Part shown: positions 18,103 through 29,418 of the stretch, in pieces
Position numbering within the stretch: position 1 is the first letter of the stretch
Layout of the letters: each line of letters begins with the position of its first letter
Assembly: GCA_964620245.1 (NCBI GenBank)
Contig: CAZUJC010000002.1
Span: 68-64,067 of the forward strand
From: an uncultured Pseudomonadota bacterium
GTDB lineage: Bacteria; Babelota; Babeliae; Babelales; JACPOV01
Reading direction: 5' to 3'
DNA length: 64,000 nt
Translations under genes and position numbers: made by a program
Notes under the pieces: model-generated
What the model was told of the DNA's origin: nothing
Seen by the model: only the letters and a program-made list of their open reading frames with translations
Database searches by the model: none

Positions 18103-18588
18103 ATGGCAAGGCGTAAAAAATTAATAAGTTTAAAACGTGAAATCGGTGTCGATGAGCGTTATGGATCAGAATTGATTCAGAAATTTATCAACGTGATCAT
18201 GTTAAAAGGAAAAAAAGGCGTTGCTCGTCAAATCGTCTATGATGCGATTGATTTGATTGCAAAGAAGGCTGGCAATAACCAAGAAAAAGGATTAGAAACA
18301 TTCTATCGAGCATTTGACCAAGTTTTCCCAGCAATTGAGGTTCGCCCTCGTCGAGTTGGTGGAAGTGTGTATCAAATTCCAGTAGAAGTTCGCCCAGAGC
18401 GTCGTCGTGCATTAGCGATGCGTTGGATTATCGATGCTGCAAAAAAACGTTCAGACAAGACAATGGGTGACCGCTTGGGTTATGAGCTTCTCGAAGCGTC
18501 TGAAGGACGTGGCGATGCAGTGAAGAAAAAGCTTGATGTTCATAAAATGGCAGAAGCAAATCGAGCATTCTCTCATTATGCGTGGTAA
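18103..18588 (+). CDS. rpsG: 30S ribosomal protein S7
   Basis: 161 aa. ..[23 protein letters not shown].. and C-terminal ..[15 protein letters not shown] are canonical S7. Confidence 0.97.
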   Translation: MARRKKLISLKREIGVDERYGSELIQKFINVIMLKGKKGVARQIVYDAIDLIAKKAGNNQEKGLETFYRAFDQVFPAIEVRPRRVGGSVYQIPVEVRPERRRALAMRWIIDAAKKRSDKTMGDRLGYELLEASEGRGDAVKKKLDVHKMAEANRAFSHYAW

Positions 18589-18602
18589 CAAGGGTGGGTT
18601 TT

Positions 18603-20675
18603 ATGAGTAAAGATAAAGAACTACAAAAATTTCGGAATATCGGAATTGCTGCACACATTGATGCTGGTAAAACAACAGTAACTGAGCGCATTCTTTTTTA
18701 TACCGGTGTAACACATAAGATGGGCGAAGTCCATGAAGGTGAAACCGTTATGGATTGGATGGAGCAAGAGCGTGAGCGTGGTATTACGATTACTTCTGCT
18801 GCAACAAAATGCATGTGGAAGGGCCACTCTATTAACATTATTGATACCCCGGGTCACGTAGATTTTACCATTGAAGTAGGTCGCTCATTGCGAGTTCTCG
18901 ATGGCATGGTTGGCGTGTTTTGTGGCGTAGCGGGTGTTCAGCCTCAATCAGAGACAGTATGGAGACAGGCTCGTCGCTATAAAGTGCCGCGCATCATTTT
19001 TGTGAACAAACTTGACCGTGTTGGCGGTGATTTCTTGCGTGTTGTTAATGATATTAATCAAAAACTTCATGTGAATGCTGTGCCTGCCCAAATGCAAGTT
19101 GGTTTCTCCGATGAATTCAGTGGCATTATCGATTTGTTAACACGTAAGCTCGCAACTTTTAGCGAAGGTGATAACGGTTTGACTGTTACTTGGTCTGAAG
19201 TTCCAGCTGAGCATGTTGAGCAGATGGAAAAATTGCGCACGCAATTGGTTGAGAAAGCATGTGATTTTGATGATGAGATGGCTGAAAAATATTTGAATGG
19301 CCAAGAAATAACGTTGCCTGAAATTAAGGCTGCGCTTCGTAAAGGTGTTCTTTCGCAAGAAATCGCGGTGGCATTTTGCGGTACTGCGTTCAAAAACAAG
19401 GGTGTTCAGTTGCTTCTTGATGCGGTTAACGACTATTTACCATCACCGCTTGATGTACCGCCAGTTATCGGAAAAGTTCCTGGTACCAATGAAGAACAAG
19501 AACGTAAGGCTGATGTTAGTGAGCCATTGGCTGCATTAGTATTTAAAATTATGACCGATCCGTTTGTTGGGGTTCTTACATTTATTCGTGTATATTCGGG
19601 CGAAATTAAGGCTGGTTCATATGTGTACAATGCAAACACTGGCACCAAAGAGCGCGTAAGTCGTTTGGTTAAAATGTATGCAAACAAGCGTGAAGAAATT
19701 GATTCGGTCAAAGCAGGGGATATTGCAGCTGCGGTTGGTATTAAAGATGCAATAACGGGACATACGTTGTGCAGCGAAACTCATCCTATTTTGCTTGAAT
19801 CTATTGATGTACCAGCACCGGTTATTGATAGCTCTATTGAGCCAAAAAACAAAGGTGATTATGAAAAAATGGTTATCTCTTTGCGCAAAATGATGCAAGA
19901 AGATCCATCTTTTAGATTCTCCTACAATCAAGAAACTGGTCAGACAGTTATTTCTGGTATGGGTGAACTGCATTTAGAAATTATCGTCGATCGATTGAAA
20001 CGTGAACATAAAGTTGAAGTGGTGCAAGGTACATTGCAGGTTGCCTACAAAGAAACGATTCAAAAGTCGGTCGATTCAGAAGGAAAATACATCAAACAAT
20101 CTGGTGGTCGTGGTCAGTACGGACACGTATGGGTCAAGCTCGAGCCTCTTGAGCGCGGCAAAGGATTTGTTTTTGAAGATGATATTATCGGTGGATCAAT
20201 TCCAAAAGAATTTATCCCTGGTGTACAAAAGGGTATTGAAGAAGCGCTTAATTCTGGAGTACTTGGTGGTTTTCCGGTCGTTGATTTGAAAATATCACTC
20301 TACGATGGCTCATATCACGATGTTGACTCTTCAGAAATGGCGTTTAAAATCGCTGGATCTATGGCTTTTAAGAGTGGTATGGCGCAAGCTTCGCCAGTCC
20401 TACTTGAGCCTATTATGAAGGTTGAAGTAGAAACGCCAGATGAATATATGGGCGATGTAATGGGCGATTTAAATTCGCGAAGAGGGCGTATTCTGGGCAT
20501 GGATGATCGAGCTGGCACACAGGTGATAAATGCCGAAGTTCCACTTGGTGAAATGCTTGGATATGCGACATCGTTGCGTTCAATGACCAAGGGTAGAGCA
20601 AGTTATTCGATGGAGTTTGAGGCTTACCGTGAGGTGCCAAAGCACATTGAAGCAGCAGTAGTTCAGAAAAAATAG
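18603..20675 (+). CDS. fusA: Elongation factor G
   Basis: G motifs [17 protein letters not shown] and NKLD, with a full five-domain length. I place the start at ATG 18603 ([15 protein letters not shown]); the ORF-track start at 18582 overlaps rpsG. Confidence 0.95.
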   Translation: MSKDKELQKFRNIGIAAHIDAGKTTVTERILFYTGVTHKMGEVHEGETVMDWMEQERERGITITSAATKCMWKGHSINIIDTPGHVDFTIEVGRSLRVLDGMVGVFCGVAGVQPQSETVWRQARRYKVPRIIFVNKLDRVGGDFLRVVNDINQKLHVNAVPAQMQVGFSDEFSGIIDLLTRKLATFSEGDNGLTVTWSEVPAEHVEQMEKLRTQLVEKACDFDDEMAEKYLNGQEITLPEIKAALRKGVLSQEIAVAFCGTAFKNKGVQLLLDAVNDYLPSPLDVPPVIGKVPGTNEEQERKADVSEPLAALVFKIMTDPFVGVLTFIRVYSGEIKAGSYVYNANTGTKERVSRLVKMYANKREEIDSVKAGDIAAAVGIKDAITGHTLCSETHPILLESIDVPAPVIDSSIEPKNKGDYEKMVISLRKMMQEDPSFRFSYNQETGQTVISGMGELHLEIIVDRLKREHKVEVVQGTLQVAYKETIQKSVDSEGKYIKQSGGRGQYGHVWVKLEPLERGKGFVFEDDIIGGSIPKEFIPGVQKGIEEALNSGVLGGFPVVDLKISLYDGSYHDVDSSEMAFKIAGSMAFKSGMAQASPVLLEPIMKVEVETPDEYMGDVMGDLNSRRGRILGMDDRAGTQVINAEVPLGEMLGYATSLRSMTKGRASYSMEFEAYREVPKHIEAAVVQKK

Positions 20676-20714
20676 TAAAAATAATTTCAGGACCTAGTCT
20701 TAGGAGACCATATA

Positions 20715-21902
20715 ATGTCAAAAGTATTTGAAAGAAAAAAGCCACATATCAACGTCGGAACGATTGGACACGTTGACCATGGTAAAACAACCCTGACCGC
20801 TGCTATTACTAAATATTTAGCAGGAAAAGGTTTAGCAAATTTTACCGCCTACGATCAAATCGATAAATCTCCTGAAGAAAGAGAGCGCGGTATTACGATT
20901 GCAGCTTCGCACGTTGAGTATGAAACTGACAAGCGTCATTACGCACACGTTGATTGTCCTGGCCATGCTGACTATGTAAAAAATATGATTACCGGTGCGG
21001 CGCAGATGGACGGAGCTATTTTGGTGGTATCTGCAGCTGATGGTGCAATGCCTCAAACACGTGAGCATATTCTGCTTGCAAAAAACGTTGGCGTACCTGC
21101 GTTGGTCGTTTTTCTTAATAAAGTTGATATGATTGATGACAAAGATATGGTTGATATGGTCGAAGAAGAAGTTCGCGAACTTATCAGCAAATATGGTTTC
21201 CCTGGTGACAAGGTTCCCGTAATACGCGGTTCAGCAACCAAAGCTCTTTCTGGTGATGCAGGTGAACTTGGCTATCAAGCAATTCAAAAATTACTTGATG
21301 CTGTTGATACCTACATTCCTGAACCAACTCGTGAAGTTGATAAGCCATTCTCAATGCCAGTTGAAGGTGTTTTCTCTATCGCTGGTCGTGGTACGGTGGC
21401 AACGGGTCGTGTTGAACGCGGTCGTGTTGTAGTTGGCGATGAAGTTGAAATTATTGGTTTTGGTACAAAAATTAAGACGGTTGTAACCGGCGTTGAAATG
21501 TTCAAAAAAGAAATGAAAGACGCTCAGGCTGGTGACAACATTGGTATTTTGCTTCGTGGTGCCAAGAAAGAAGATATTGAGCGTGGTATGGTTATTGCTA
21601 AACCCGGTTCAGTTAATCCTCACCAAAAATTCAAAGCACAAGTGTATATTTTGACTCAAGCAGAAGGTGGACGTCACAGTGCATTCTTCACTGGATATCG
21701 TCCTCAATTCTACTTCAGAACAACAGACGTTACTGGTGTTGTAACATTACTCCCTGGACGAGAAATGGTTATGCCTGGTGACAACGTTGAGTTGTCGGTT
21801 GAGTTAATTTCACCTATTGCAATGGAAAAAGATCTTCGTTTTGCAATTCGTGAAGGCGGACGTACCGTTGGATCTGGTGTTGTAACTGAAATTATTAAGT
21901 AA
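20715..21902 (+). CDS. tuf: Elongation factor Tu
   Basis: 395 aa with [18 protein letters not shown] and NKVD. Canonical EF-Tu in the standard position between fusA and rpsJ. Confidence 0.97.
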   Translation: MSKVFERKKPHINVGTIGHVDHGKTTLTAAITKYLAGKGLANFTAYDQIDKSPEERERGITIAASHVEYETDKRHYAHVDCPGHADYVKNMITGAAQMDGAILVVSAADGAMPQTREHILLAKNVGVPALVVFLNKVDMIDDKDMVDMVEEEVRELISKYGFPGDKVPVIRGSATKALSGDAGELGYQAIQKLLDAVDTYIPEPTREVDKPFSMPVEGVFSIAGRGTVATGRVERGRVVVGDEVEIIGFGTKIKTVVTGVEMFKKEMKDAQAGDNIGILLRGAKKEDIERGMVIAKPGSVNPHQKFKAQVYILTQAEGGRHSAFFTGYRPQFYFRTTDVTGVVTLLPGREMVMPGDNVELSVELISPIAMEKDLRFAIREGGRTVGSGVVTEIIK

Positions 21903-21922
21903 TCATACGCAGTAAGGTTGTT

Positions 21923-22228
21923 ATGAAGAAACAAAAAATTCGCTTAGCACTTAAGTCGTATGATCACCAACTGCTTGATAAAGCAGTTAAACAAATTGTT
22001 TTGACAGCAAAAAGAACAGGTTCCCAGATTGTGGGACCTGTTCCTATGCCAAATAAGCGTCGCTGCTTTACCGTTTTGCGATCTCCGCATATCGATAAAA
22101 AGTCTCGTGAGCAATTTGAACTGACAACGCACAAGCGCATTGTTGATATTGTTGCACCTTCAGAAGAAACGATGAATGCGCTAATGAAATTAAGCATTTC
22201 TTCTGGTGTTGACGTAGAAATTTGCTAA
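21923..22228 (+). CDS. rpsJ: 30S ribosomal protein S10
   Basis: 101 aa. [17 protein letters not shown]...[15 protein letters not shown].. is canonical S10. Confidence 0.95.
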   Translation: MKKQKIRLALKSYDHQLLDKAVKQIVLTAKRTGSQIVGPVPMPNKRRCFTVLRSPHIDKKSREQFELTTHKRIVDIVAPSEETMNALMKLSISSGVDVEIC

Positions 22229-22243
22229 CGGAAAAGGTTTAAT

Positions 22244-22861
22244 ATGTTGAATGGTGTGTGGGGAACCAAGATTGGGATGACCCAGGTATTTTCAGAAAAA
22301 AATACCGTTGTACCTGTTACAGTAATCGATTTGAACGATTGGATTGTAACGCAAATTAAAACAAAAGAGCGCGATGGGTACGAAGCGTTGCAAATAAGCG
22401 GATTGCGTAAGCGATTTGCCGGAAAGTCGTTTGAAGCTCAGTGGCTGAAAAAAAAGAATACCTATTTTCGTATTTCAAAAGAAATCGCTTTGCAAGAGGC
22501 TGGTCAATATGAAGTGGGACAGCGATTTAATGCAGCAGCGGTTCTTGAAGTAGGAAAAACAGTCGACGTTTTTGGTATTACCAAAGGTCGTGGTTTTCAG
22601 GGTGTAGTGAAACGTCATGGTTTTCGTGGTGGTTCTGCCAGTCACGGACCACGTTTTGGTCGTTGGCCGGGATCCATGGGTTTCATGAGATCGCAAGGTC
22701 GTGTTATTAAAGGCAAAAAGCTTCCAGGACAAATGGGCTGTGATCAACGAACAATGAGACACTTAGAAGTGATTCGCGTTGAGTCGGATGCACAGATTGC
22801 TTTAATTAAGGGCTCAGTTCCCGGTGGAGCTGGTTCATTGGTATTCATGCAAAAAGCATAG
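22244..22861 (+). CDS. rplC: 50S ribosomal protein L3
   Basis: 205 aa. [13 protein letters not shown]....VVPVTVI.. and [19 protein letters not shown] are canonical L3. Confidence 0.95.
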   Translation: MLNGVWGTKIGMTQVFSEKNTVVPVTVIDLNDWIVTQIKTKERDGYEALQISGLRKRFAGKSFEAQWLKKKNTYFRISKEIALQEAGQYEVGQRFNAAAVLEVGKTVDVFGITKGRGFQGVVKRHGFRGGSASHGPRFGRWPGSMGFMRSQGRVIKGKKLPGQMGCDQRTMRHLEVIRVESDAQIALIKGSVPGGAGSLVFMQKA

Positions 22862-22868
22862 GAAAATT

Positions 22869-23525
22869 ATGTGTGCTCAAAGAGCAAAAAAAATCGAATC
22901 GACTGTTGAAAATGCTTTGTTAGAGATTGTGAAAGCGTCTGATTTCCCTGAAGTATCAGAACGTTCAATCGACAAAGCCGCTTTTGCCGTCTGTATTCGT
23001 GCATTGTTGCAAAATTGGCGTCAAGGAACGGTTGGTTGCAAAGACCGATCTGAAGTAAGTTATTCAAATAAAAAACCGTGGAAACAAAAAGGCACCGGTC
23101 GCGCTCGCGCAGGATCTGCTCGTTCACCATTATGGATTGGTGGCGGTGTTACCTTTGGTCCTCAACCGCGTGTGAGAACGTTGCGCGTCACTAAGTCTAT
23201 TAGACGCGGTGTTCTCAACTCGTTGTTTTGGGAATATGTAGAAAACAACAGAATTGGGGTTCTCGATTGGCAGCTTTCAAATGATGCTCCAAAGACAGCT
23301 CTTGCATCTCAAGCATTAAAAAATGCGCAATTAGAAAACAAAAAAATTACGATTTTTTTGTCTCTTGATGATGTAATCCATCAATCTTCGTTTGCAAATA
23401 TTCCAGGCGTTCACATTGTTTTCTTTGATGCGCCTAATGCATATGATGTAGTTCGCTCATATCAATGGGTTATTTTGAAAAAAGATTTAGATATATTTAA
23501 GAAAATGGTGGCCACATGGAACTAA
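22869..23525 (+). CDS. rplD: 50S ribosomal protein L4
   Basis: [33 protein letters not shown] is canonical L4. I place the start at ATG 22869; the ORF-track start at 22824 overlaps rplC. Confidence 0.93.
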   Translation: MCAQRAKKIESTVENALLEIVKASDFPEVSERSIDKAAFAVCIRALLQNWRQGTVGCKDRSEVSYSNKKPWKQKGTGRARAGSARSPLWIGGGVTFGPQPRVRTLRVTKSIRRGVLNSLFWEYVENNRIGVLDWQLSNDAPKTALASQALKNAQLENKKITIFLSLDDVIHQSSFANIPGVHIVFFDAPNAYDVVRSYQWVILKKDLDIFKKMVATWN

Positions 23526-23845
23526 GTATTTACGATGTGATTCGCAGGCCAGTGGTAAGTAGTAAAGCTTCTGGATTAATGCAACAATTAAAAAAAGTTG
23601 TGTTGGAAGTGCATCCACACGCTAATAAACCGCTTGTTAAGCAGGCGTTGAAGAAATTGTTTAATGTTGAAACAGAATCGATAAGAATTGTGGTTCGAAA
23701 AGGTAAGATTCGTACCTTCAAGCGTGTAAAAACGCAAGGTAAACTTACCAAACGAGCAATTGTAACATTGAAGCCAGGCTATTCATTAACCGTTGCTGAA
23801 ACTGGTCAGCCAGGAATGGCAGAGTCTGTGCCTGGAACTGAATAA
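23516..23845 (+). CDS. rplW: 50S ribosomal protein L23
   Basis: 109 aa. ..[11 protein letters not shown]......[25 protein letters not shown].. is L23, at the conserved position. Confidence 0.93.
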   Translation: MELSIYDVIRRPVVSSKASGLMQQLKKVVLEVHPHANKPLVKQALKKLFNVETESIRIVVRKGKIRTFKRVKTQGKLTKRAIVTLKPGYSLTVAETGQPGMAESVPGTE

Positions 23846-23860
23846 TAACAAGGATAATCA

Positions 23861-24676
23861 ATGGCGATTAGAACAAGAAAACCCAGAAGCGCTTCGTTAC
23901 GATTTCAAACTTTTTTAACGTCCGAAGATATAACGAAAAAAACTCCAGAAAAATCGTTAGTAAGCGGTCTGCGTAAACATGGTGGACGTAATGCATACGG
24001 ACGTATTACAGTTCGTCATCGTGGTGGCGGCGCAATGCGTAAATATCGTGCGATCGATTTTATGCGTATGTGTCGTGATATTGAAGGAAAAATTGTAGCA
24101 GTTGAATACGATCCAAATCGTAACGTTCGAATTGGTTTGGTAACGTATGCAAATGGCTTGAAAACATATATTTTATTGCCCCAAGATCTCAAAGTTGGTA
24201 ATCGCATTGTTGCTGGTGAAAACGTTGATCCACGAGTGGGAAACTGCCTCCCTTTGCGCAATATTCCTGTTGGTTTTATGATCCACAATGTGGAAATAAC
24301 GCCAGGAAGTGGTGGAAAATTGGTGCGTAGTGCTGGATTGAGCGCTCAAATCATGGCGAAAGATGAGAATCATGCAACATTAAAAATGCCTTCTGGCGAA
24401 ATGCGCATGATCAATCTGAACTGTTGGGCAACGATTGGTGTTTTAGGCAATGCAGAATATAAAAACCTCGTCATTGGTAAAGCTGGTCGAACACGTCAAT
24501 TAGGGATTCGTCCTACGGTTCGCGGTATGGCTATGAACCCTGTCGACCATCCACATGGTGGTGGTGAAGGTCGTTCGAAATCTGGTTCACATCCGATGAG
24601 TCCATGGGGTAAGGGAGCTAAGGGTACCAGAACAAGACGCAGAAAGAATCCATTGATTTTAAAGAGACGTAAATAA
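23861..24676 (+). CDS. rplB: 50S ribosomal protein L2
   Basis: 271 aa. ..GRNAYGRITVRHRGGG.. and ..MNPVDHPHGGGEGR.. are canonical L2. Confidence 0.97.
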   Translation: MAIRTRKPRSASLRFQTFLTSEDITKKTPEKSLVSGLRKHGGRNAYGRITVRHRGGGAMRKYRAIDFMRMCRDIEGKIVAVEYDPNRNVRIGLVTYANGLKTYILLPQDLKVGNRIVAGENVDPRVGNCLPLRNIPVGFMIHNVEITPGSGGKLVRSAGLSAQIMAKDENHATLKMPSGEMRMINLNCWATIGVLGNAEYKNLVIGKAGRTRQLGIRPTVRGMAMNPVDHPHGGGEGRSKSGSHPMSPWGKGAKGTRTRRRKNPLILKRRK

Positions 24677-24695
24677 CAGGTAATAGGATATACCG

Positions 24696-24983
24696 ATGGC
24701 AAGATCGATTAAAAAAGGACCGTTTGTTGACGAGTCACTTTTAAAAAAAGTGCAGCAAGTTAAAACGTCAGGAAAGCGAGATGTGATCAAAACATGGTCG
24801 CGTCGCAGCATGGTGATTCCTGATTTTGTTGGGTTAACAATTGCGGTTCATAATGGAAAAAAATTTATTTCAGTTTTTATTACTGAGAACATGGTAGGCC
24901 ACTATTTGGGTGAGTTTTCACCGACAAGAACATTCAGAGTTCATAGTGGACAGCGCCAAGCGGGAGTTGCCCCAGAGTCATAA
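24696..24983 (+). CDS. rpsS: 30S ribosomal protein S19
   Basis: 95 aa. [14 protein letters not shown]......[21 protein letters not shown] is canonical S19. Confidence 0.97.
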   Translation: MARSIKKGPFVDESLLKKVQQVKTSGKRDVIKTWSRRSMVIPDFVGLTIAVHNGKKFISVFITENMVGHYLGEFSPTRTFRVHSGQRQAGVAPES

Positions 24984-25053
24984 TTAAGGTAAAGTGAAAT
25001 AATACAATTAGATGTTAAGCAAAAAAAATTTAATTTTGCAGATAAGGATAAAA

Positions 25054-25392
25054 ATGCAGTTTAGTGCCAAAGCTAAATTTGTACGTTACTCGCCTTATAA
25101 ATTGCGTCCTTTAGCCGATGTGATTCGAGGGAAAAATGCGCAAGACGCACTCTACTGGCTTGAAACGTACCAAACACAACGTTCAGTTCCGCTCAAAAAG
25201 GTGTTGGTATCTGCAGTTGCGAATGCTAAAGATCGTGAGAATGTTCCAGCAAATGAGCTCATGATCAAAGATTTGCGCGTGGATGAAGGGCCAATTGTTC
25301 GCTACTTTAAGCCCGGTGCAATGGGACGTGCAAATATTCAGCGTAAAAGACAATGCCATTTAAGTGTGATTTTGGAACGTATTAACGATTAA
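25054..25392 (+). CDS. rplV: 50S ribosomal protein L22
   Basis: MQFSAKAKFVRYSPYKLRPLADVIRGKNAQDAL..L is canonical L22. ATG 25054 follows an AAGGAT SD; the ORF-track start is 25012. Confidence 0.93.
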   Translation: MQFSAKAKFVRYSPYKLRPLADVIRGKNAQDALYWLETYQTQRSVPLKKVLVSAVANAKDRENVPANELMIKDLRVDEGPIVRYFKPGAMGRANIQRKRQCHLSVILERIND

Positions 25393-25402
25393 GAGGTACA
25401 GT

Positions 25403-26038
25403 GTGGGTCAAAAAGTTAATCCAAACGGATTTAGATTAGGTGTCTACAGAGATTGGGACGCACGTTGGTTTGCGCGCCGTTGTTCATACGGTGAACAAGC
25501 GCTTCAAGATATAAAATTGCGACGTGAACTTGGCAAGCTTCTTAACAATGCTGAAGTTGCGCGTGTTGAAATTGAAAAAGCAGGCGATGACAGCATAAAG
25601 GTTGTAATACATTCTGCCCGTCCAGGTGTTATCATTGGTAAAGGTGGCCAAGATATTGAATCGTTAAAAAAAGATGTTGCAAATCTTTTGAAAAAAACAA
25701 ACGTTGAAATTTCGGTGCAAGAAGTTAAATCACCTGAACTTGATGCAACATTGGTTGCTAAAAATATCGCTGCTCAACTTGAGAAACGTGCAAGTTACAA
25801 ATCTTCAATGAAAAAAGCAGTAAGTTCAGCAATGCGTGGCGGTGCTAAAGGTATAAAAATTCGCTGTTCTGGCCGTTTAGGTGGAGCCGAAATCGCTCGT
25901 CCAGAATGGGAACGTTTTGGTCAGGTTCCTTTGCATACTTTGCGTTCAGATATTGATTACGGTTTTGCTGAAGCAAAAACAACCTACGGTATGATTGGCG
26001 TAAAAGTATGGATCTGTAAAGGTGAAGTACAACAGTAA
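25403..26038 (+). CDS. rpsC: 30S ribosomal protein S3
   Basis: 211 aa with a GTG start. GQKVNPNGFRLG and the KH-domain block ARPGVIIGKGG are canonical S3. Confidence 0.96.
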   Translation: MGQKVNPNGFRLGVYRDWDARWFARRCSYGEQALQDIKLRRELGKLLNNAEVARVEIEKAGDDSIKVVIHSARPGVIIGKGGQDIESLKKDVANLLKKTNVEISVQEVKSPELDATLVAKNIAAQLEKRASYKSSMKKAVSSAMRGGAKGIKIRCSGRLGGAEIARPEWERFGQVPLHTLRSDIDYGFAEAKTTYGMIGVKVWICKGEVQQ

Positions 26039-26057
26039 CAAGTATGAGAGATAAATT

Positions 26058-26483
26058 ATGTTGATGCCCAAAAAAACTAAATATCGTAAAGTACAAAAGG
26101 GAAGACTAAAAGGTCGTTCTAAGGGTGCGCGCGAGATTGCGTTCGGTGAATATGGACTACAAGCAGTTGAGTCTGCGCGTTTGACGGCGCAAGTAATTGA
26201 AGCAGTACGAGTTACGATATCACGTGGATTACTAAAAACCGGAAAACTTTATCTGAGAGTATTTCCAGATAAGCCGGTGACTAAAAAACCTGCTGAAACT
26301 CGTATGGGTAAGGGTAAAGGAAATCCTGAATTCTGGGTTGCCGCAGTTAAGCGTGAGCGAATTATGTTTGAAATTCAGGGGCTGCCAGAGCAAGAAGCGA
26401 AAGAACTTTTTCGACTAGCTGCTTATAAGCTTCCCATGAAAACTAAATTTGTCAGAAAGACGGATATCAATGAGTACAAATAA
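26058..26483 (+). CDS. rplP: 50S ribosomal protein L16
   Basis: 141 aa. [18 protein letters not shown]....[10 protein letters not shown] is canonical L16. Confidence 0.96.
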   Translation: MLMPKKTKYRKVQKGRLKGRSKGAREIAFGEYGLQAVESARLTAQVIEAVRVTISRGLLKTGKLYLRVFPDKPVTKKPAETRMGKGKGNPEFWVAAVKRERIMFEIQGLPEQEAKELFRLAAYKLPMKTKFVRKTDINEYK

Positions 26484-26673
26484 AATTGATTTTAAAAATA
26501 TGAACATTGATGAATTAAAAAAACAGATTGAGTCGATGCGTGCTGAACTCTTTGGACTTCGCTTAAGCGCTGCAACTCAGCCAGTGAAAAACTATTCACA
26601 ATTTTCAAGATTACGAAAAAATATTGCGCGAGCATTGACTATTGAGCGTCAAATCTCAGCACAAGTTGATTGA
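26470..26673 (+). CDS. rpmC: 50S ribosomal protein L29
   Basis: [33 protein letters not shown].. is the L29 pattern. ATG 26470 overlaps the end of rplP. Confidence 0.9.
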   Translation: MSTNKIDFKNMNIDELKKQIESMRAELFGLRLSAATQPVKNYSQFSRLRKNIARALTIERQISAQVD

Positions 26674-26690
26674 TTTAAGGGCACATAACA

Positions 26691-26951
26691 ATGGCAACAG
26701 AACAAAAAGTGAAGCAGCTTCTACGCGGTGTGGTTGTTTCGGATAAAATGAACAAAACCGTAATGGTGACGCATGAAAGAACACATCGGCATCCAACGGT
26801 ACACAAAGTAATTAAGACCGTAAAAAAATATAAAGTTCATGATGAAAATGAACAAGCGCGTGTGGGCGATGTTGTTGAGTTTTATGAAGGTCGTCCCGCT
26901 TCTAAGACTAAATATATGTATTTAGAGCGCATTGTTTCATCACAAGCATAG
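26691..26951 (+). CDS. rpsQ: 30S ribosomal protein S17
   Basis: 86 aa. ..LRGVVVSDKMNKTVMV.....RHP...K.IK..KKYKVHDENEQARVGDVVEF.E.RP.SK.K is canonical S17. Confidence 0.95.
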   Translation: MATEQKVKQLLRGVVVSDKMNKTVMVTHERTHRHPTVHKVIKTVKKYKVHDENEQARVGDVVEFYEGRPASKTKYMYLERIVSSQA

Positions 26952-26975
26952 TGCAAGAAGAAAAGGTTTTCGAAC

Positions 26976-27338
26976 ATGATACAAAAACAATCGTATCTTG
27001 AAGTAGCAGATAATACAGGCGCAAAAGAGTTGCAATGTATTCACATTGTGGGAAGTACCCGTAAACGTTACGCATATCTTGGTGATACGATCAAATGTGC
27101 GGTAAAAAGAGCAATCCCCGGCGGGATGGTAAAAAAAGGTGATGTTGTTGATGCAGTAATTGTGCGCACCGCTAAAGAAGTTCGTCGTGCAGACGGAAGC
27201 TATATTCGTTTTGGTGATAATGCGGCAGTTATTTTGAAAGATAATGAACCAATTGCGACACGTATTTTTGGACCTGTGGCTCGTGAAGTTCGTGCAGGTT
27301 ATCCAAAAATAATATCGCTAGCCCAAGAAGTTTTGTAA
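26976..27338 (+). CDS. rplN: 50S ribosomal protein L14
   Basis: 120 aa. [22 protein letters not shown] is canonical L14. Confidence 0.97.
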   Translation: MIQKQSYLEVADNTGAKELQCIHIVGSTRKRYAYLGDTIKCAVKRAIPGGMVKKGDVVDAVIVRTAKEVRRADGSYIRFGDNAAVILKDNEPIATRIFGPVAREVRAGYPKIISLAQEVL

Positions 27339-27351
27339 CGAAGGTGTGCTT

Positions 27352-27663
27352 ATGATGCGTCTTAAAAAAAATGATACGGTTGTTGTTATATCAGGTAAAG
27401 ATCAAGGCAAAAAAGGAAAAGTTATTGAAACTTTGCCAAAAAAAGGTAAAGTAATGGTTAAAGATCTTGGTATTATTACCAAGCACGTGAAAGCGCGCAG
27501 ACAAGGCGAAGTTGGTGGCATTAAGCAACAAGAATCATATCTTGACGCTTCAAAGGTAATGCCGATATGTACTGCTTGCAGTAAACCAGTTCGTGTGAAT
27601 GTTAAATTGATTGAAGATGGAACGCGAGTTCGTATTTGTAATAAATGCGACGAAGCTTTTTAG
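27352..27663 (+). CDS. rplX: 50S ribosomal protein L24 (form with C-terminal CxxC..CxxC ribbon)
   Basis: KOW motif LKKNDTVVVISGKDQGKKGKV. The C-terminus is PICTACSKPVRVNVKLIEDGTRVRICNKC, like the Thermus-type L24. ATG 27352 follows an AAGGTG SD; the ORF track uses GTG 27346. Confidence 0.93.
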   Translation: MMRLKKNDTVVVISGKDQGKKGKVIETLPKKGKVMVKDLGIITKHVKARRQGEVGGIKQQESYLDASKVMPICTACSKPVRVNVKLIEDGTRVRICNKCDEAF

Positions 27664-27681
27664 GAACTATAAGGGTTTTCA

Positions 27682-28236
27682 ATGGCCACAGCTCGTTTAG
27701 AAGAGTTATATAAGAAAGAAATTCGTCCTCAGTTGCTCAAAGAACTTGAGCTTACAAATATCATGGAAGCGCCCAAGCTTTCAAAAATTGTAGTTAATGT
27801 TGGTGCAAAAGAGGCGGTTGCAGATACCAAAATACTTAAAACAATTGCTGATGCAATTAAAAAAATTACTGGTCAAACGCCGGTGAGAACTTTGGCGCGT
27901 AAATCAATCGCGCAATTTAAGATTCGCGAAGGGATGCCGCTGGGGATAATGGTTACCTTGCGTGGTAAGATGATGTACGATTTTTTGGATCGTTTTATCA
28001 ACTTGGCATTACCGAAGGTAAAAGATTTTCAGGGGCTTTCTTCTAAATTGGATGGAAGAGGCAATTATAACGCTGGAATTAAAGAATGGTCTATCTTTCC
28101 TGAAGCTGAAAGCAGCGTTGATTCGCATGTTGGTGGTCTCAACGTAACGATTCATACAACAGCAAAAAATGATAAAGAAGGGCTTGCATTACTCAAGAGT
28201 TTTGGCATGCCATTCCGTCACAGTAAAGCGAAGTGA
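27682..28236 (+). CDS. rplE: 50S ribosomal protein L5
   Basis: 184 aa. ..LEELYKKEIRPQL.KEL...N.M..PKL.KIVVN.G.. is canonical L5. Confidence 0.96.
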   Translation: MATARLEELYKKEIRPQLLKELELTNIMEAPKLSKIVVNVGAKEAVADTKILKTIADAIKKITGQTPVRTLARKSIAQFKIREGMPLGIMVTLRGKMMYDFLDRFINLALPKVKDFQGLSSKLDGRGNYNAGIKEWSIFPEAESSVDSHVGGLNVTIHTTAKNDKEGLALLKSFGMPFRHSKAK

Positions 28237-28244
28237 GGTAAGAC

Positions 28245-28430
28245 ATGGCTCGTAAAGCGATGGTTGAAAAGTCAGAAAAAACGCCAAAGTTTGCAGTACG
28301 ACAACGAAATAGATGCAAGTTGTGCGGTAGACCCCGTGCTTATATGCGTATTTTTATGATGTGTCGTATGTGTTTTAGAAAAAATGCATTAAATGGTGTA
28401 CTCCCTGGTGTGAAAAAAACCAGTTGGTAA
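28245..28430 (+). CDS. rpsN: 30S ribosomal protein S14, short zinc-binding (type Z) form
   Basis: 61 aa with [22 protein letters not shown] (CxxC..CxxC) and C-terminal PGVKKTSW. Confidence 0.95.
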   Translation: MARKAMVEKSEKTPKFAVRQRNRCKLCGRPRAYMRIFMMCRMCFRKNALNGVLPGVKKTSW

Positions 28431-28449
28431 GGCATCGTGAAGGATAATT

Positions 28450-28845
28450 ATGTCAGTTGATTCGATTGGTAATTTTTTAACTACAATCCGTAATGGATGT
28501 GGCTTGGGAAAACGGTTTGTCGTTGCCCCATTTTCAAAAATTAAACTTGAAATTGCTCAGGTCCTTAAAAATGAAGGCTTCATCAGGGATATTGAAATTG
28601 TTGATGAAGAGCTTGTGCACAAAAAAATTAAAGTCTATCTCAAGTATGTTGATGGTGAGTCAGTAATTCATGAAATTACTCGCATCAGTACACCTGGTTT
28701 GCGCCGTTACCAGAAGGCAAAAAACATGAAACCGGTGATTGGTAATTTAGGGATTTCAATTCTTACTACCAATAAAGGGATCATGGACGGAAAACAAGCG
28801 AAGGCAAAATCTGTAGGTGGCGAAGTTATCTGCACAGTTTGGTAA
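28450..28845 (+). CDS. rpsH: 30S ribosomal protein S8
   Basis: 131 aa. ..DSIGNFLTTIRNG......V..P.SK.K..IAQVLKNEGFI.. and C-terminal GGEVICTVW are canonical S8. Confidence 0.96.
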   Translation: MSVDSIGNFLTTIRNGCGLGKRFVVAPFSKIKLEIAQVLKNEGFIRDIEIVDEELVHKKIKVYLKYVDGESVIHEITRISTPGLRRYQKAKNMKPVIGNLGISILTTNKGIMDGKQAKAKSVGGEVICTVW

Positions 28846-28855
28846 AGGTACTCTT

Positions 28856-29398
28856 ATGTCAAAAATTGGAAGAAAACCGATTGATTGTAGCGGTGTTACT
28901 CTTGAAATTCAAGGTAACAGTATTAATATCAAAGGAAAAAAAGGATCGGGTGCGCATGAGTTGCCAAGCGAGTTAAAAGCGCAGATGGTTGATAAGAAGT
29001 TAAAAATTACCTGCGATCAACTTACAAGAAAAAACAAGATGCTCTGGGGACTTCATCGAGCACTTGTTGCAAATATAGTGAAGGGAATGGGGGAAGGATT
29101 CAAGCAAGAGGTAAGCATTACCGGCTTGGGTTTTAAAGCAGCTGTTTCAGGAAAAAATATAATTTTTTCTCTTGGATATAGTCATAAAATTCCATTTGCT
29201 CTTCCAGAAGATGTCAGCGTTTCAACCGACAAAACAGGCCAATTGTTGACTGTCGAAGGTGCTGATAGAGAATCGGTTGGCTTGGTATGCAGTCAAATTC
29301 GAGCGCTGAGACCACCTGAGCCGTACAAGGGAACCGGAATTAAGTTAGCTGGTGAAGTAATTATTCGCAAAGCTGGTAAAACAAAAGCAGCAGCATAA
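28856..29398 (+). CDS. rplF: 50S ribosomal protein L6
   Basis: MSKIGRKPI......V.LEIQGN.I.IKGKKG.. is canonical L6. I place the start at ATG 28856; the ORF-track start at 28817 overlaps rpsH. Confidence 0.94.
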   Translation: MSKIGRKPIDCSGVTLEIQGNSINIKGKKGSGAHELPSELKAQMVDKKLKITCDQLTRKNKMLWGLHRALVANIVKGMGEGFKQEVSITGLGFKAAVSGKNIIFSLGYSHKIPFALPEDVSVSTDKTGQLLTVEGADRESVGLVCSQIRALRPPEPYKGTGIKLAGEVIIRKAGKTKAAA

Positions 29399-29418
29399 TA
29401 GAGTGTGAGGAAATTAGC

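Noticed and set aside
27352-28430. CxxC..CxxC zinc ribbons in L24 and S14 (and in L36 at 33762-33878) as a possible novelty
   Set aside because: The Thermus-type L24 with a C-terminal ribbon, the 61-aa type-Z S14 and the Cys-containing L36 are all established 'C+' ribosomal protein forms, so this is not new.
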